Notes under the pieces: model-generated
Told to the model about the DNA's origin: nothing
Databases searched by the model: none
Seen by the model: the letters and a program-made list of their open reading frames with translations, nothing else
From: Methanothrix sp.
Lineage (GTDB): Archaea; Halobacteriota; Methanosarcinia; Methanotrichales; Methanotrichaceae
Reading direction: 5' to 3'
Assembly (NCBI GenBank): GCA_963682135.1
Contig: OY821645.1
Span: 1,696,001-1,760,000 of the forward strand
Length of the DNA stretch: 64,000 nucleotides
In this document: positions 9,699 to 22,200 of the stretch, piece after piece
Position numbering within the stretch: the first letter of the stretch is position 1
How the letters are laid out: the number at the start of each line of letters is the position of its first letter
Program-made: the position numbers and the translations under genes

Positions 9699-10267
9699 AA
9701 ATCGCCTATGAAAACGCAGGAGAGGCCGGGTGCCTGGGGCGGGCAGGCTGTATTGGCCCGATCTATCCGCTCTTGCGGATAGCCCAGGTCGGTGAGGCTG
9801 GCTACCTCTCTATGCAGGCCTTCTGATTCCAGATATTGGCAGAGGTTCTGCAGATTTGTGGCGTCATCCGTGAGCAGAAAGACGCATTTTCCCCGGCGCA
9901 GTTCAAAGGCTATGGCATCCGGGTCCAGGTTGCGGCCATGCACTGTGATGGGAACCACTTTTAGCTGGCTGACTTTCAGGCGGGCACAGGCTACTTGCAA
10001 GCTGGATATGCCAGGGATTACCCTGCCTTGGAGATAACCCAGGCCGGAGAGCATAGGGTCGCCCGTGCTCAAGACCACGGCATCTTCTCCAAGATCGTGT
10101 AGCTTCTTGTAGTCCTCAATGACTCTGACTGTGCATCCCGGATTTATGTGCTCTGCGACCAGTTCGATGGCTCTCTTTGATCCGTAGATGAGACTGGCCT
10201 GGGCTACGGCCTGCGCGGCCTGTGCGGTCAGCATCTGCGGGCCGGCGCCTACTCCTACTATGATCAT
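9695..10267 (-). CDS. cbiE: Cobalt-precorrin-7 C5-methyltransferase
   Basis: IVGVGAGP, LSTGDPMLSGLG, IPGISSLQVACARL; located in the cbi operon. Confidence 0.9.
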   Translation of the reverse strand: MIIVGVGAGPQMLTAQAAQAVAQASLIYGSKRAIELVAEHINPGCTVRVIEDYKKLHDLGEDAVVLSTGDPMLSGLGYLQGRVIPGISSLQVACARLKVSQLKVVPITVHGRNLDPDAIAFELRRGKCVFLLTDDATNLQNLCQYLESEGLHREVASLTDLGYPQERIDRANTACPPQAPGLSCVFIGDF

Positions 10268-10299
10268 GATTTTGACAGCTCCATAATTTGTTTCCTGTT

Positions 10300-11337
10300 T
10301 TATGGCACATCCGCGAGGATGCGTCCATCTCTATGCAGCAGAACGATGCGGGTTTGAGGAAGCTTCTCTTTGGCCATTCTTAATGCTCTGGCGATGTTTG
10401 CATGCTCCGGCTCCATCTCTACCATCTCGGCCACAGTGCCGTAACCGGTATTATCCAGGATCTGGGGCCAGGCCCATTTGAGAATAAGGGCGGGCAGTCC
10501 GCAGATGATGCTCTCCTGGTCTTTCTCGAATGCAAGTTTGTCGAGCTGGCTTCCCATAAGTACAGCTTTGTGATCGGGAAAAAGAATACGGCTGAAATTA
10601 AGGCCCGTTCTGCCTGTGGTGACGAGCACTTTCCTGGCTCCTTTCAGCTCCTGGGCACGATCGCCTATGAAGTGATCATTCCAGGGTTCCACAAATCCGG
10701 TCGAGCCCAGGATGGAGATGCCTCCCACTATTCCCAGACGGGGATTGAGTGTCTTGTCGGCCAGCTCAGCGCCCCGGGGAATTGACAGTTCTACCTCTGC
10801 CCCCGCCAGGCCTGTCTCTTGCAGTGCCTGCCGGATAGCCAACATGATCTGTTTTCGGGCGGAGGGACTGATGGCGGGCCTGCCTACCTCGTCGCATAGC
10901 CCCCGAGCGGTGATCCGGCCAATGCCTTTTCCTGCGATAAGAGTCGTCTCTTCCGCCGCTCTGGCCTGGGCGGCAATCTCGAGACCAGCAGTGACATCGA
11001 ATTGATGATCGCCGCCATTCTTTACGGCTGTGCAAAAGCCGCTCTTGGCCGCCACCGGCATGCAGACGCTGATGCCGGCCGGGGTTGTGACCTGCAGATC
11101 CTGGACCGATTTTTTCAGGGAGAGGACGGCTCCCTTGCAGGCTCCTGCTGCGGTCGTTCCTGTGGTCAGGCCGCGTCTGCAAAGCTTACCGCTGGAGAGA
11201 ATGACCCATCTGCCGCTCTCTATCTTTTGCAGAGCCAGTGGATCGGGGCACAGCTCAATCCAGGAGGGGGAAACGGCAAAGCCTGTAATGGGATCTTTGA
11301 CTGTTCCTTTGATTGTATCATCGTACGGTTCTGGCAT
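10300..11337 (-). CDS. cbiD: Cobalt-precorrin-5B C1-methyltransferase
   Basis: RRGLTTGTTAA, KNGGDHQFDVT, KTLNPRLGIVGGISILGSTGFVEP. Confidence 0.95.
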   Translation of the reverse strand: MPEPYDDTIKGTVKDPITGFAVSPSWIELCPDPLALQKIESGRWVILSSGKLCRRGLTTGTTAAGACKGAVLSLKKSVQDLQVTTPAGISVCMPVAAKSGFCTAVKNGGDHQFDVTAGLEIAAQARAAEETTLIAGKGIGRITARGLCDEVGRPAISPSARKQIMLAIRQALQETGLAGAEVELSIPRGAELADKTLNPRLGIVGGISILGSTGFVEPWNDHFIGDRAQELKGARKVLVTTGRTGLNFSRILFPDHKAVLMGSQLDKLAFEKDQESIICGLPALILKWAWPQILDNTGYGTVAEMVEMEPEHANIARALRMAKEKLPQTRIVLLHRDGRILADVP

Positions 11338-11950
11338 AGGTATTTATGATCTCATTTAAGGCCGCAACGGCGATGGGAGTTCCTCCGCGCGTGCCTGCCG
11401 TGGATATGGACGGCACATCGATCTCTCTTAGTCGCTCCTTGCTCTCCGCCGCATTGACAAAGCCCACGGCTGCCCCGATGACCAGCCGCGGCAAGACCTT
11501 TTTCGACTCGATGAGCTCGCAGAGCGTTAGCAGAGCAGACGGCGCATTTCCTATTACGACTATTGATCCGGAGAGCTTCTCTTGCAGAGCAATGACTCCT
11601 GCAGAGGAGCGGGTAATACCCTGTGCTGCCGCCAGAGCATCTCCCTGGCCGATGAAGGCAACAATTGGGCTTTTATGACCCTTCTTTAAAACCCCGGCCT
11701 CTACCATCTTTATATCCACGAAAATGGGTGCCCCGTCTTCCAGAGCCAGCATGCCTGCCTCGCCGGGATGGTTATGAAATCTTAAAATTTCGGCCACACT
11801 GGGATCGCCGGTGGCAATTACGCATCTCTGCTTGATCTTATCCTCGAATGTCTCATCTCCAATCATCTGCGAGATGAGCCGCCGGCTCTTTCTGCTTATC
11901 TCCAGGGCCTCGGGGGTTGTGGCTCCAATATCCGTGTAATCTTCCATCAT
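11318..11950 (-). CDS. cbiC: Cobalt-precorrin-8 methylmutase
   Basis: GITRS, VIGNAPSAL, VGFVNAAESK, RGGTPIAVAALN. Confidence 0.95.
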   Translation of the reverse strand: MMEDYTDIGATTPEALEISRKSRRLISQMIGDETFEDKIKQRCVIATGDPSVAEILRFHNHPGEAGMLALEDGAPIFVDIKMVEAGVLKKGHKSPIVAFIGQGDALAAAQGITRSSAGVIALQEKLSGSIVVIGNAPSALLTLCELIESKKVLPRLVIGAAVGFVNAAESKERLREIDVPSISTAGTRGGTPIAVAALNEIINTYARTVR

Positions 11951-11971
11951 GGGAAATCAGCTCGAATAACT

Positions 11972-13369
11972 CTAGTAGCTGTATTTGTTCTGGTATCCTC
12001 GTTTGGTGATTATTCTTCCCTCTTCTATATGGGAATTGGTGGAGGCGACAAGCAGAGTGAAGCGATAGCCAGCGGGCTTTGCGGCCAGCAGATCCTCTGC
12101 TGTGAGAATCATAGTATTTTCTCCCTCCCGGGCCACATCCTGGGCCAGGACAACTGGTCGCATCGGGTCGACTTCTTCCAGCAAAGAAGCAATCTCCAAT
12201 CCTTTTACATTGTAGGCCACCACGGCAAAGCCGGCACCGGCCAGGGCACACAGTCGTGCCGGATCATCGGCAGAGGAGAGAAGGGCGAAGTCATTGACCA
12301 GAGGCGCGCCGGATCTTGCCGCTACAGAGGAAAAAGCGCTCACTCCGGGAGAGATATGTACCGGCACGCCCTCCGCTTGATTCAGGATTCTCCAGCCGGA
12401 GCTGAAGATGCTGGGATCGCCGCCTGTGAGGATGGATGCCATGCCGCCGGCTGCGGCCAACTGCATAGCCTCCTTCAGGCGGGCGGCCATTCTCTCCGGG
12501 CAGGGGCCGCCGTGAGTGACCTTCTGGGCGGAGGTGATCTCGCCGATCAATTGCAGGTATCTTTGTGCTCCGTAGATCTTCTGCGAGGCCTGCAAGATGC
12601 CGGCGGCTTCCTGGGTCAGATTGCCAGGATCACCCGGACCGATGCCTACCAGGTTTATGGCTGCCTGCGTTGCTGCGTAGCCCCGGAAGGTGCCCCGCCC
12701 AAGGATGATGACCAAAGAGGTCATATCGATCCTATCTCGCAGGCTCTCCTCCTCAATCAGCTTTTCAGAGTTTGTGTAAAAGATCTCTTCTGCCTTGCGA
12801 CCGATGTTCTTTGCCACCAGGACATCTCTGGTCCCGCAAATTTCTAATGCGCGCAAGAGCTGCCAATCGCGCCTCTTGCTTTTGGGATTGTAGAGAGCTA
12901 CGGGCATGGCGGTCTCGGCAGCCAAACGCAGTCTGCCTTCTATCTGCTGCCAGGGTGTGAGCAGGTCGCTGAGGCTGATCACGGCCACGCATTCCCGGAA
13001 GGCAAGGCCAGCCCGGCAGGAGGCGGCGGTAAAAGATGTGACTCCGGGAACAATATCCACGGCAGATGGCTTTTCGGCCAGCTCCAGGCCGAGACCCGCC
13101 ATGCCATAGACATTGGGGTCTCCGCTGCTCACCAGGGCTACGGACCCTTTTTCCAGTAGATCGACTGCTTCTGCGACTCTATCCACCTCTCTTCCCATGC
13201 TGCTGGAGAAGACCTGTTTTCCCGGCAATAGATCGCCGATCAGATCCAAATAAGGCCTGTAGCCGACGACATAGTCTGCCGTGGTTATGGCCCGTGTGGC
13301 CGCAGCAGTGCGTAGTCCAGGCGAGCCTGGGCCGATGCCCACGATGGAGAGCTTATTTACCGATGGCAA
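11972..13369 (-). CDS. cbiH: Precorrin-3B C17-methyltransferase with two tandem tetrapyrrole methylase domains
   Basis: Two GIGPG...GD(P) methylase domains; ISLSDLLTPW and LYNP in domain 1; C-terminal IITKRGY. Confidence 0.88.
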   Translation of the reverse strand: MPSVNKLSIVGIGPGSPGLRTAAATRAITTADYVVGYRPYLDLIGDLLPGKQVFSSSMGREVDRVAEAVDLLEKGSVALVSSGDPNVYGMAGLGLELAEKPSAVDIVPGVTSFTAASCRAGLAFRECVAVISLSDLLTPWQQIEGRLRLAAETAMPVALYNPKSKRRDWQLLRALEICGTRDVLVAKNIGRKAEEIFYTNSEKLIEEESLRDRIDMTSLVIILGRGTFRGYAATQAAINLVGIGPGDPGNLTQEAAGILQASQKIYGAQRYLQLIGEITSAQKVTHGGPCPERMAARLKEAMQLAAAGGMASILTGGDPSIFSSGWRILNQAEGVPVHISPGVSAFSSVAARSGAPLVNDFALLSSADDPARLCALAGAGFAVVAYNVKGLEIASLLEEVDPMRPVVLAQDVAREGENTMILTAEDLLAAKPAGYRFTLLVASTNSHIEEGRIITKRGYQNKYSY

Positions 13370-14222
13370 CTGTTACCCTCCCGTAGGCTTTCTTAGGAAA
13401 GATGAGCTTTGTTGCCAGGGCAAGAACGGCAGGCTCGGCTACGCCGTTAAGGCCCAGGTCCTGGGCTCGGGAAACGGTAGTGGCGGCTTGAGAATTGAGG
13501 GTCTCTCTGGAGAGGCAGATCATCTCTCTTCCCAGTAGCTTGGCTGCTGCAAGCATGCCTTCTTCCTCGCTCTTGAGCCATGCCGTGGCCAGGATGGCGA
13601 TCTCATCTCGCCTTCTTCCCGTTTCGCTCAATGCCTCATCAATGGCCTGCAGCACCTCAGAGGCAGAGACGCCTTTTCTGGCGCCGATGCCCACAACCAG
13701 TCCCCAACTTTTCAATACAGCCACATCCTCATCCACTATTACAATTTTGGGCCCTTTCAGCCTTAAAACGGGAACGTCTTCTTTGAGGAAGGCCAGGTTC
13801 ACGGTTTTGGAGGACTCTTTGTTGACAATGGCCGCGCCCAGGCGCTCTGCTACCTCTTCCAGGCAGGGGCGGCCGGAGGTGTCGGTGGCGGTGGTGACGG
13901 CGGCATAAAGGCCGAGACGGGAAGCCAGGAAGCGGGCCAGCTCATTGGCTCCGTGATGTCCTGCCACAACCGGCACAGCGCAGGTGAGCGCAGAATCTAC
14001 GGCTACCACGGGACGGTCCGTCCATTTATCCTTAAGGTAGGGACAAAGGCTTCGTACAACAATCCCTACCGCCATTAAGGCTACCACCAGCTCATATTTC
14101 TCCAAAACCATCTCTATTTTGTCTTTCTCGTAAAGGACAATTGCCGGAGAGTAGCGTTCCTGCAAAGCCAGAGCTATCTTCTCCGCTTTCTCTTTGTCTC
14201 TGGGAAAGACCAGAACAGCCAC
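13353..14222 (-). CDS. cbiG: Cobalt-precorrin-5A hydrolase
   Basis: MAVGIVVR, GHHGAN, VTTATD, VVGIGARKG, GVAEPA, VTVAI. Confidence 0.93.
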   Translation of the reverse strand: MAVLVFPRDKEKAEKIALALQERYSPAIVLYEKDKIEMVLEKYELVVALMAVGIVVRSLCPYLKDKWTDRPVVAVDSALTCAVPVVAGHHGANELARFLASRLGLYAAVTTATDTSGRPCLEEVAERLGAAIVNKESSKTVNLAFLKEDVPVLRLKGPKIVIVDEDVAVLKSWGLVVGIGARKGVSASEVLQAIDEALSETGRRRDEIAILATAWLKSEEEGMLAAAKLLGREMICLSRETLNSQAATTVSRAQDLGLNGVAEPAVLALATKLIFPKKAYGRVTVAIGK

Positions 14223-14233
14223 TGATTTCTTTG

Positions 14234-14959
14234 CTAGCGATCCCGGTATAGGTGAGACCTCCGAAATCCCGTTCTCTTCACCACGTCGCCTACCAGAATT
14301 AGGGCGCTCTTGCTTATTCCTGCTGCCTCCACCTTCTGGGCGATATCGTCCAAGGTTCCCTGCAATACTTTCTCGTCCGGCCAGGAGGCATGATAGACCA
14401 CGGCCACGGGTGTCTCGCCTGGACGGTCCAGGTTATCGACAATGTCTTTGATCCTGTCGATTCCCAGGAAGATGGCCATAGTAGTATTATGGCGGCTGAG
14501 GGCGGCCAGCTCGTCCTTCTCCAGGGTAGTGCCGGCGGGCCTCGTCACAATCAAGGACTCTGAGACTCCTTTCAGGGTTAGCTGAGTTTTCAGGGCAGCC
14601 GCCGAAGCGAAGAGGGAGGAGACGCCGGGCACGACTTCCACCTCCACTCCTGCTTCTTCCAGCGGCTTCATCTGCTCGAGTATGGCGCCGTAAAGTGCAG
14701 GATCGCCGCTATGCAGCCGTACCACCTTCCGGCCCTCCCGGAGGGAGGCGATTATCCTGGCAGTGGTCGCCTCCAGTGATACGCCGTTGCTGTCCATAGT
14801 CTCCGCTTTCAGGCCTTCCAGGAGGATGGGATTGACCAGGGAGCCGGCATAAACCACCAGGTCCGCCTCCATGAGCAATCTTTTGCCTTTGACGGTGATG
14901 AGATCCGGGTCTCCGGGTCCGGCTCCTACAAAGTAAAGCAACATCTTCGGCAGCATCAT
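14234..14959 (-). CDS. cbiF: Cobalt-precorrin-4 C11-methyltransferase
   Basis: [44 protein letters not shown]. Confidence 0.95.
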   Translation of the reverse strand: MMLPKMLLYFVGAGPGDPDLITVKGKRLLMEADLVVYAGSLVNPILLEGLKAETMDSNGVSLEATTARIIASLREGRKVVRLHSGDPALYGAILEQMKPLEEAGVEVEVVPGVSSLFASAAALKTQLTLKGVSESLIVTRPAGTTLEKDELAALSRHNTTMAIFLGIDRIKDIVDNLDRPGETPVAVVYHASWPDEKVLQGTLDDIAQKVEAAGISKSALILVGDVVKRTGFRRSHLYRDR

Positions 14960-15561
14960 CGCCTCCGGGCTAAAAGAACTGAGAAGTAGTCGCTTCTTTC
15001 CGGCATCTCGCCTTTGATGATCTTCTCCTGTGCAGTGTAGAGCATCGTTCCCAGCACAAAATCATCAAATCCCATAGCGCGAAGCTCCTCGGCCAGCTTT
15101 CTGGGCCGGGTGGCCTTAATCCTGATGACAGTATCCACTGGTGAACCGTCCCAGACCTCAAAGGACCCTTCCAGGGGAGCAGCAAAACGCGAGGCCAGGG
15201 CGGGCACCACGCCTACGCCGGGAATGGTCTGGATCTCTATCTGGGGATGATTCTGCCGGATCATCCTCTCCAGGTGGCTGAAGGTGGAGAAGGTGTTGAC
15301 GTCCCCAATGCAGGCAAAGCCAGCGCAGCCGGAGGCGGCAGCCTCAGCAACGGTATCGGCATTCGTTCGCCAGATCTTCTCCAGCTCCTCTTTGTCCTCT
15401 ATCATGGGAAACTGCAGGATCTCAGGCCGGCAATAAGGCCGGGCTAACTCTGCGGCCATCTCTCCCGGCACAAAGACCTTTGCGGCGTTCTTGAGCGCTG
15501 ATGCCGCCTTAAGTGTCAAAAGCTCCGGATCGCCCGGGCCAAGACTGATACCAATCAACAT
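14956..15561 (-). CDS. cbiL: Cobalt-factor II C20-methyltransferase
   Basis: [34 protein letters not shown]. Start reassigned to the ATG at 15561, which overlaps the cbiT stop. Confidence 0.9.
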   Translation of the reverse strand: MLIGISLGPGDPELLTLKAASALKNAAKVFVPGEMAAELARPYCRPEILQFPMIEDKEELEKIWRTNADTVAEAAASGCAGFACIGDVNTFSTFSHLERMIRQNHPQIEIQTIPGVGVVPALASRFAAPLEGSFEVWDGSPVDTVIRIKATRPRKLAEELRAMGFDDFVLGTMLYTAQEKIIKGEMPERSDYFSVLLARRR

Positions 15562-16085
15562 TTGCCAATCACCATGAAGATAGGGTTTACCGGTTTTAGG
15601 GCAATGTCTCCCCCTAATTCGTAGCCCCTTGCGATATGAATTTGGATAAGCTCCTGAAATATCCCCGCTTCTTTCATCAGCTGCGCCAGCCGGGCGGCTA
15701 TGCCCAGGCGGGCCAGGTCGGCCACAATTATGCAGCCCGGCCGGGCCTTCTCCAGGAGAAGAGGCAGGAAATCGTCGATGCCGCGTGTGCCGCCGATAAA
15801 ACATCGATCCACTGCCGGAAGGCCGGGCAGAATATCAGCCGCTTCGCCGCAGAAGAATTGGCCTTGCGGCACAGCTGCTCTGCTCATTTGCACTGCCTCC
15901 TCTCGCCGGTCGATGCCGTAGATTCGGTCAGTGAAGCGAGAGGCGGCGAGAGACACGGCCCCCGAGCCGCAGCCAACGTCCAGGAAGACCTGGGCCTGGC
16001 TTATTTTCAGCTTTCCCATGGCGATGGAGATATTCTCCTCTTGCGTCGCCGTTCCCGGAAGCTTCATGGCTGCAAAGAAAACCAT
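15555..16085 (-). CDS. cbiT: Cobalt-precorrin-6B C15-methyltransferase (decarboxylating)
   Basis: [13 protein letters not shown]-binding motif, FIGG, NPIFMV; first gene of the cbi operon. Confidence 0.88.
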   Translation of the reverse strand: MVFFAAMKLPGTATQEENISIAMGKLKISQAQVFLDVGCGSGAVSLAASRFTDRIYGIDRREEAVQMSRAAVPQGQFFCGEAADILPGLPAVDRCFIGGTRGIDDFLPLLLEKARPGCIIVADLARLGIAARLAQLMKEAGIFQELIQIHIARGYELGGDIALKPVNPIFMVIGKC

Positions 16086-16231
16086 GCTGGAATAAAAGGT
16101 TAATGCAAGTAAACTTGGCTGGAGTTAAATTCAGCAAATAATTGCTTGCATGGAGCGGTGTGAGAAATTCGGGTTGCAGCTTGGGCCTAAATGGACTGCC
16201 ACCCCAAACTTCAATAGCCGGAAGAATTGGG

Positions 16232-16256
16232 CAGGGATCCCGGGCCGGGATCCCTG
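16232..16256. repeat. Strong inverted repeat/hairpin downstream of the giant surface-protein gene
   Basis: CAGGGATCCCG-GGC-CGGGATCCCTG, a perfect 11-bp stem. Confidence 0.7.
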
Positions 16257-16288
16257 GGTTTCACATTGATCATGCCTTCGCATCTCAT

Positions 16289-19200
16289 TCAGGGCGGCGG
16301 AGAATATGCGCATGACGCGCAGATATCCGGCGATTGATCGAGTCCCCAGTCCGGAGGGCTCCAGTCTCCAGTGATCGTCTTCTGTTGGATACCGGTGGCC
16401 TTGCCAGTTGGCTTGCTGCTCAGCCAGTTGAGGTTCGAGAGCGTCGAATTATTCACCGTTATCCATGTTCCGTCATGTCCTGCTTTAACAAAGACCCAAT
16501 TAACAGGGGGTTCTAAGACAACGTACCTCATCAGCCTCAGGTACAAGGTCAGGGACCTGCCGATGGGAAGAGAGGTAAAGGTCCAGTTGGCGTGATCGGC
16601 ATCAAGAAGCACCTCCTCAGAGGGGTGTGCTGAGGCATCAAAGAAGCTCATTCCTGCCGGGAAGAGATCCATGAGGTAAATGGGCCCTAGAGTTCGGTTT
16701 CCGTCATTTAAGATGCTGATGGTGTAGTTGATGTTGTTCTCGTCCGTATTGTCAATCTCGCTTCTCTGGTAGATCGTTATGTGCGGCATCTCGTAATGCT
16801 TGACGGTGGTTATGGCGTTTGAGCGGTTGCTGTAGGTCGCGCCCAGTCTCTCCTTCACCCGGAAGCTGCCTGCGTAGTCGGAGCTCATCTCCATCAGCGT
16901 CGAAACATGTCCTTTGTCATCGGGCTTTGAGGCCTTGAAGTACCCGGCGTGGCGCATTCCCTCGAACTCTGAGTCTGCGGTCATATTGGTGCCGTTTCTG
17001 TCCATTTCGATTTGGCTCTCTTTGTTGATCTTGGTGGCATAGCGGTATGACTCTTCCATCGATTCCGATGTTACGTAGTTCTTGGCTTTCTGCCGGTCGG
17101 TCCATTTTGAATTATAGTCTATGGACTCTTTACCGGGAAGCTGGAAGTCAGTAGCCTGGTAGCTGACGGAGAGGTTGCTTGCATCTTTAATGGACCTGTT
17201 CTCCCGGAGGTATCTCAGTTCCTCCTCCCGCTCATAGCTGCCGCTGCCGCTTTCTCGCATGGCAAGTTTTGTGCCTGCCTCACCGCTAATGGTGACTTTA
17301 CTAACGGCAAACTGGCCGGAAAATCCCCGGCCGGTCATGCTCACCTGGTTGGTGAGGACCTGAGGCTCGCGGCCGGTGTTCAGATCCTTGTAGGTCCTAA
17401 CAAAGCCCAATCCCTTGGCAGACTGCTCCATAAAGAATTTGATCTTGGCCTCGTCCGGCGCCCTTACTGCTATGGTTATGGTCCCGGAAGCGCCGGCAGG
17501 CAGATAGCCTATCGTCCAGCGGTTGTCAGTACCGCTGTCAGGCGGAGGCGAAGCATAGATGAAAATTGTCCCTGCAGGATAGTTCTCTGTAATGACCACA
17601 TCAGAAATACCATTCGAATCTCCGTTCCGGTAATTTATGGTGTAGGTGATGGTCCCCCCGGGTGCAACTACAGATGATGATGCGGTCTTGTTGAGCTCCG
17701 TCTTGCAGATTACCCAGGTCAGACGGTAGCTGTCCCGCTGTGGCATCTTCGATACACCGCCATTGGAGGATGTGGCCACGATGTAATAATCCACTGTGCT
17801 TCCCAATGGATAGGCCGGAATCAATGCCGACCATGAGGCGTCCTTTGGATCTGCTCCTTCATCCATTACCATGTTTGTTTCAAAGCTTTGTCCTGCGGAA
17901 TCGGTATACTGGAGCATCACAGACGAAATGCCGACCGGGCTTGTGGCCCTGGCGCGAATAATCTGATCGTTTCCTGAGCAGACCCCTATCGTTCCTGGAG
18001 TGACAGATAAGATGCCGGGATTGCAGTCGAGCCAGGTCAACCGGTAGCTGCCTTCCTGAGGCATCCTCGATATATCTCCGTTGGAGGATGTGGCCTCGAT
18101 GTAGTACTCCACTACAGACCCAGCCGGATGGTCAGGAATTAATCCCGTCCATAGAGAAGATCCCGGATCGAATTGCATGCTCGTCTCATACTGTCCTGTG
18201 GAGTCGGCATAGTGAAGCACCATAGATAAAATTCCCACCGCCCCTGTAGCCCTTGCACTGATAGCCTGATCCTTTCCGGCGCAGACCTCTGCCGATCCGG
18301 GAGATACCAATGTGATGCCTGGGCGGCAGTCTAGCCAGGTCACGGTGAACTGGCCCAAGCCTTCGGGCGGATTGGGGCCGAGAGTATCCAGAGTATAGCC
18401 GTTTAGAGAGATGCTCAGCGTCTCTCCAGCCTGCCGCCCGGAGCCGGGTATGCTGCCAATCCAAGTTCCTTCAATCGGGTAAGGATCTGGGCCCAGCAGG
18501 TGCAGCGGATATTCTTTGCCCTCGTAGGTGATGGCAGCTCTGTAGAAATCCTGATCCGCATCCCTTATGGTAAAGCTTATCTGGGCGTCATTTCCGGCAC
18601 AGGGGGCGGTGATCTCATGGTCGATGAGCTCGGGTTCATCGCACTCTTCGAATACGGCGCGGTGCGACTGTGAGTTGGCCGTATATTTGCCGGTACTGGC
18701 AGTGATGTAATAGGTGATGGTTCGAACCTTCCTCTTGGAGATGGTGCCGCTCCAGATGGAATCCTTGGGATCGCTTCCCTGCCTGACCATATCCACCTCA
18801 TACACTCCAGGCTGACCCTCTTCCTCGAAGATGATGCGGGCGGAGACGACCCCGGCGGTGGCTGCAATCCTGGCAGTGATCTGCAGATCACCATCGCTCT
18901 CGCAGTCCTTATAGTCGCCCGGCGATATTTCCGAGATCTGGGGCGGAGTGCAATCCTGCCAGGATATTGTCCCGCTTTCGGAGACCGAGGTCCCTCCAGA
19001 GCTGTCTTTGGCAGTTACGCTGTATGTGACGGTCTGCCCTGCTTGCATCGCTAAACCGGTGATAGTTGCCGTCCAGTCGCCGGAGGTAGATCCCACTGGA
19101 CCGGACATGGGGATGGCAGATGAATCAAAGTTCAGAATGGCTGAGGCCACGCCGTGATCGTCCAGAATGTGGGCGGTCACTGTAACGTCCTCACCAGCGC

Positions 19201-22200
19201 ATGGCTGCGAATTTGACGGAATGACTGACTGGATTTCAGGGGCGGAGCAGTCTCTCCAATGGATCTGACCGGTTGCCGGGGTCGCTTTGTTTCCGGCGGC
19301 ATCTGTGGCCGATATGCTGAATGTGAGGACATAGCCGGCAGGTATGCCGGCACCCGGTACGGTAGCTGTCCACTCCCCGGATGGGGATGGACCGGTCATC
19401 GGATAGTCTGTCCCTTCGGCATTCAGGGTGGCAGAGGTTACGCCAATGTTATCGGTTATCTGAACGGTGATGGTTACATCATCTCCTGCGCATGGCTGCT
19501 GCGGAGATAAAGCAATGCTGCCGATCTCCGGATGGGAGCAATCCCTCCATGTGATGGTAAACTCGCCGGAGACCGTCGGATTTCCTAATGTGTCCAGGGC
19601 TCGCACCGTGTAGCTGAGAGAGCTTCCCGGAGGCATGCCGGCGCCAATGATGTTCGCCGTCCAATAGCCATCCAGTGAACCGGCAACTCCAGACATGGGA
19701 TGGGCCGATCCATCATAAACCAGCTCCGCCGATGCTACCCCATTATCGTCCTTGAGATGAGCGGTGATCAGAACATCCGTTCCGCCGCAGGGTGATTCAG
19801 TCGAGGGGGTTACTGATAAAATATCCGGACCGGTCAAATCGGGGCTTTCGCACTCTTTCCAAAGGATCGCACCCGATACGGGAGATGACGGGTTTGAACC
19901 GTCACTGGCGGTTACAGTGTAGCTGAGAGATGCACCTGCCGGCCTGCCGACAATTGTGTATGTCCAGTCGCCTTCTTTTGAGCCCACAGGCCCGGACATG
20001 GCATAGGGCGCGGAATCGTAGTAGAGATCCACCGAGGCTACTCCTACATCATCGGTCACATGGGCGGTGATGATCACATCCGTTCCGGCGCAGGGTGTGG
20101 AGCTGGAGGGAGTGACTGATTGCACAACCGGGGGCGTGCAGTCTCTCCAGGTTATGGAGCCTGCCACCGGCGTAGCCGCGTTCTCGGCGGCGTCTTCTGC
20201 CGTGATGCTGTAGCTTAGCGAATCTCCGGCTTTCCTGCCGGCGCCGATGATGGTTGCCGTCCAGTCTCCGTCATTCGCAGGCCCGATGGGGCCGGACATT
20301 TGATGGGATGTTCCTTCGTAGGTTATGGTGGCGGAGGTCACGCCCACGTTATCCGTGATGTGAACTTTAACGAAGACATCCTCTCCTGCGCAGGGGCTGG
20401 CCGGCTCCAGGACAGGGCTGCCGACGACGGGAGCAATGCAATCCCTCCAGGTTATTGTGAAGGTGGCGGAGGTTGCGGTGTTCCCCTCCCCGTCCTTGGC
20501 AGAAATGTAGCAGGATACGGATTGTCCTGTGCTCTTGCCCGCTATGGTGAAGAGCCAGTCACCTGGTCCCGCAGGTCCTGTCATTGAGAAGGGGACGCCA
20601 TCTATGTATATGGTCGCTGATGTTACGCCGGTGTTGTCGATTATGCTGGCTGTTATTGTAACCGCCTCCCCTCCGCAGGGAGAATCAATCGAGAGATCTA
20701 TGCTCTCTATCTCGGGAGCGCCGCAATCTCTCCAGGTTATCTTATAGACCGCAGAGGTCGCTGAGTTTTCTGCAGCATCAAAAGCAGTCACGCTGTATTC
20801 GACCGAGCTTCCGGCAGACCTGCCAGCGCCGGGGATGGTTGCCGTCCATTCGCCTGAGGGGGATGGGCCGGACATGGGGTGATCGATTCCCTCAAAGGTT
20901 AATATGGCCGATGCCACTCCTACGTCGTCAGTTATCACGGCAGTGATTGTCACATCAGCGGGCGGGCAGGGTGACAGGTCTGAGGGCACGACGGAAATGA
21001 TCTCAGGCGGCGTGCAATCTCTCCAGGTGATGGTGAAGCTGGAGGAATGGACAACTCTATCCAGGGCGTCCGTGGCGGAGATCGTAAAGGTCAAGGAATC
21101 TCCTGCCGCCTTTCCCGATCCCGGTATTGAATAGGTCCAATCTCCTGAGCTTGATTCGGCAGGACCGGACATCAGGTGGCTGGAACCATCGTAGTCAATG
21201 GTCACAGAAGCGACTCCTGGTCCTGCGGTGGCATGGGCGGTGATGAACACATCCGATCCGGCGCATGGCTGGAAGGTCGAGGCTTTCACCGAGGTGATGG
21301 CGGGAGGAGTGCAGTCTATGAAGGAGATGGCGTAATGGGCGGACTGGGATGTGAAAGTTCCGTCGTAGGCAGTTATCCAATAGGTGAGAGTCGAGCCTGC
21401 AGCCTGGCCGGGAACTTCGACCGTCCACTGCCCGTCTTTGACCGAGCCGGACCCGGCAACAAAGGTCATCGCCTTTTGGATGACGGCTCCCCCATTCACC
21501 TGATAGTTCAATGTGACCGATGTTACGCCGACATAGTCCACCACATGGGCGTTAACCACCTGTTCCAGGTCGCTGCATATCGGGCCGGAGAATACAGTCA
21601 CGTCATCTATACCCGGCGGGTCGCAGTCGACTATGGTAACAGGAGCGGTCGTTGTGCCGGTGCAGCCGTGATTGTCGGTGACGGTTAGCTTGACGTTGTA
21701 AGTTCCAAAGTTGGTGTATTGGTGAGTTGGGTTTGGACCGGTGCCTGTGCTTCCATCGCCATAGTCCCAGGCAAAGGTGTAGGGGGCCAAACCTTGAGTG
21801 GCCTGTCCGTGAAACTGGGTCAGCATTTCCGGACGGAAGCAGAGCGTGGGGGAATCGACGGTGAATGTGGGGACCGGATTGGCGTAGACCTGCACACTTG
21901 ATGTGACGCTCGCAGTGCACCCATGGGAATCGGTGACCTTGAGGGTCACCTGATAAGTGCCTGCGCTCAGGTAGCGGTGAACGGGATTTTGGTCCAGGCT
22001 GTGGGCGCTGCCGTCTCCAAAGTTCCACTCCCATTTGACAAGGGACGCCGGAGTGATTCCCACAGCGGTCCCGGGAGTGGATGTATCTATAAATTTCAGG
22101 TCAGATCCCAGGCAGATTGCCGGAATAGTGGGAAGGGTTGTGAAGGAAGCGATTGGTGCAGGATAGATTAAAACCTGACCGCTATGGCTGTCCGAACATT

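Noticed and set aside
15562-15804. N-terminal extension of CbiL in the ORF track
   Set aside because: It overlaps cbiT in another frame; family homology starts at [10 protein letters not shown] (15561).
16086-16288. Possible cobalamin riboswitch upstream of the cbi operon
   Set aside because: Two hairpins are present, but there is no B12-box or AGGGAA/GCCACUG core on the minus strand. More likely 3' structure of the upstream gene.
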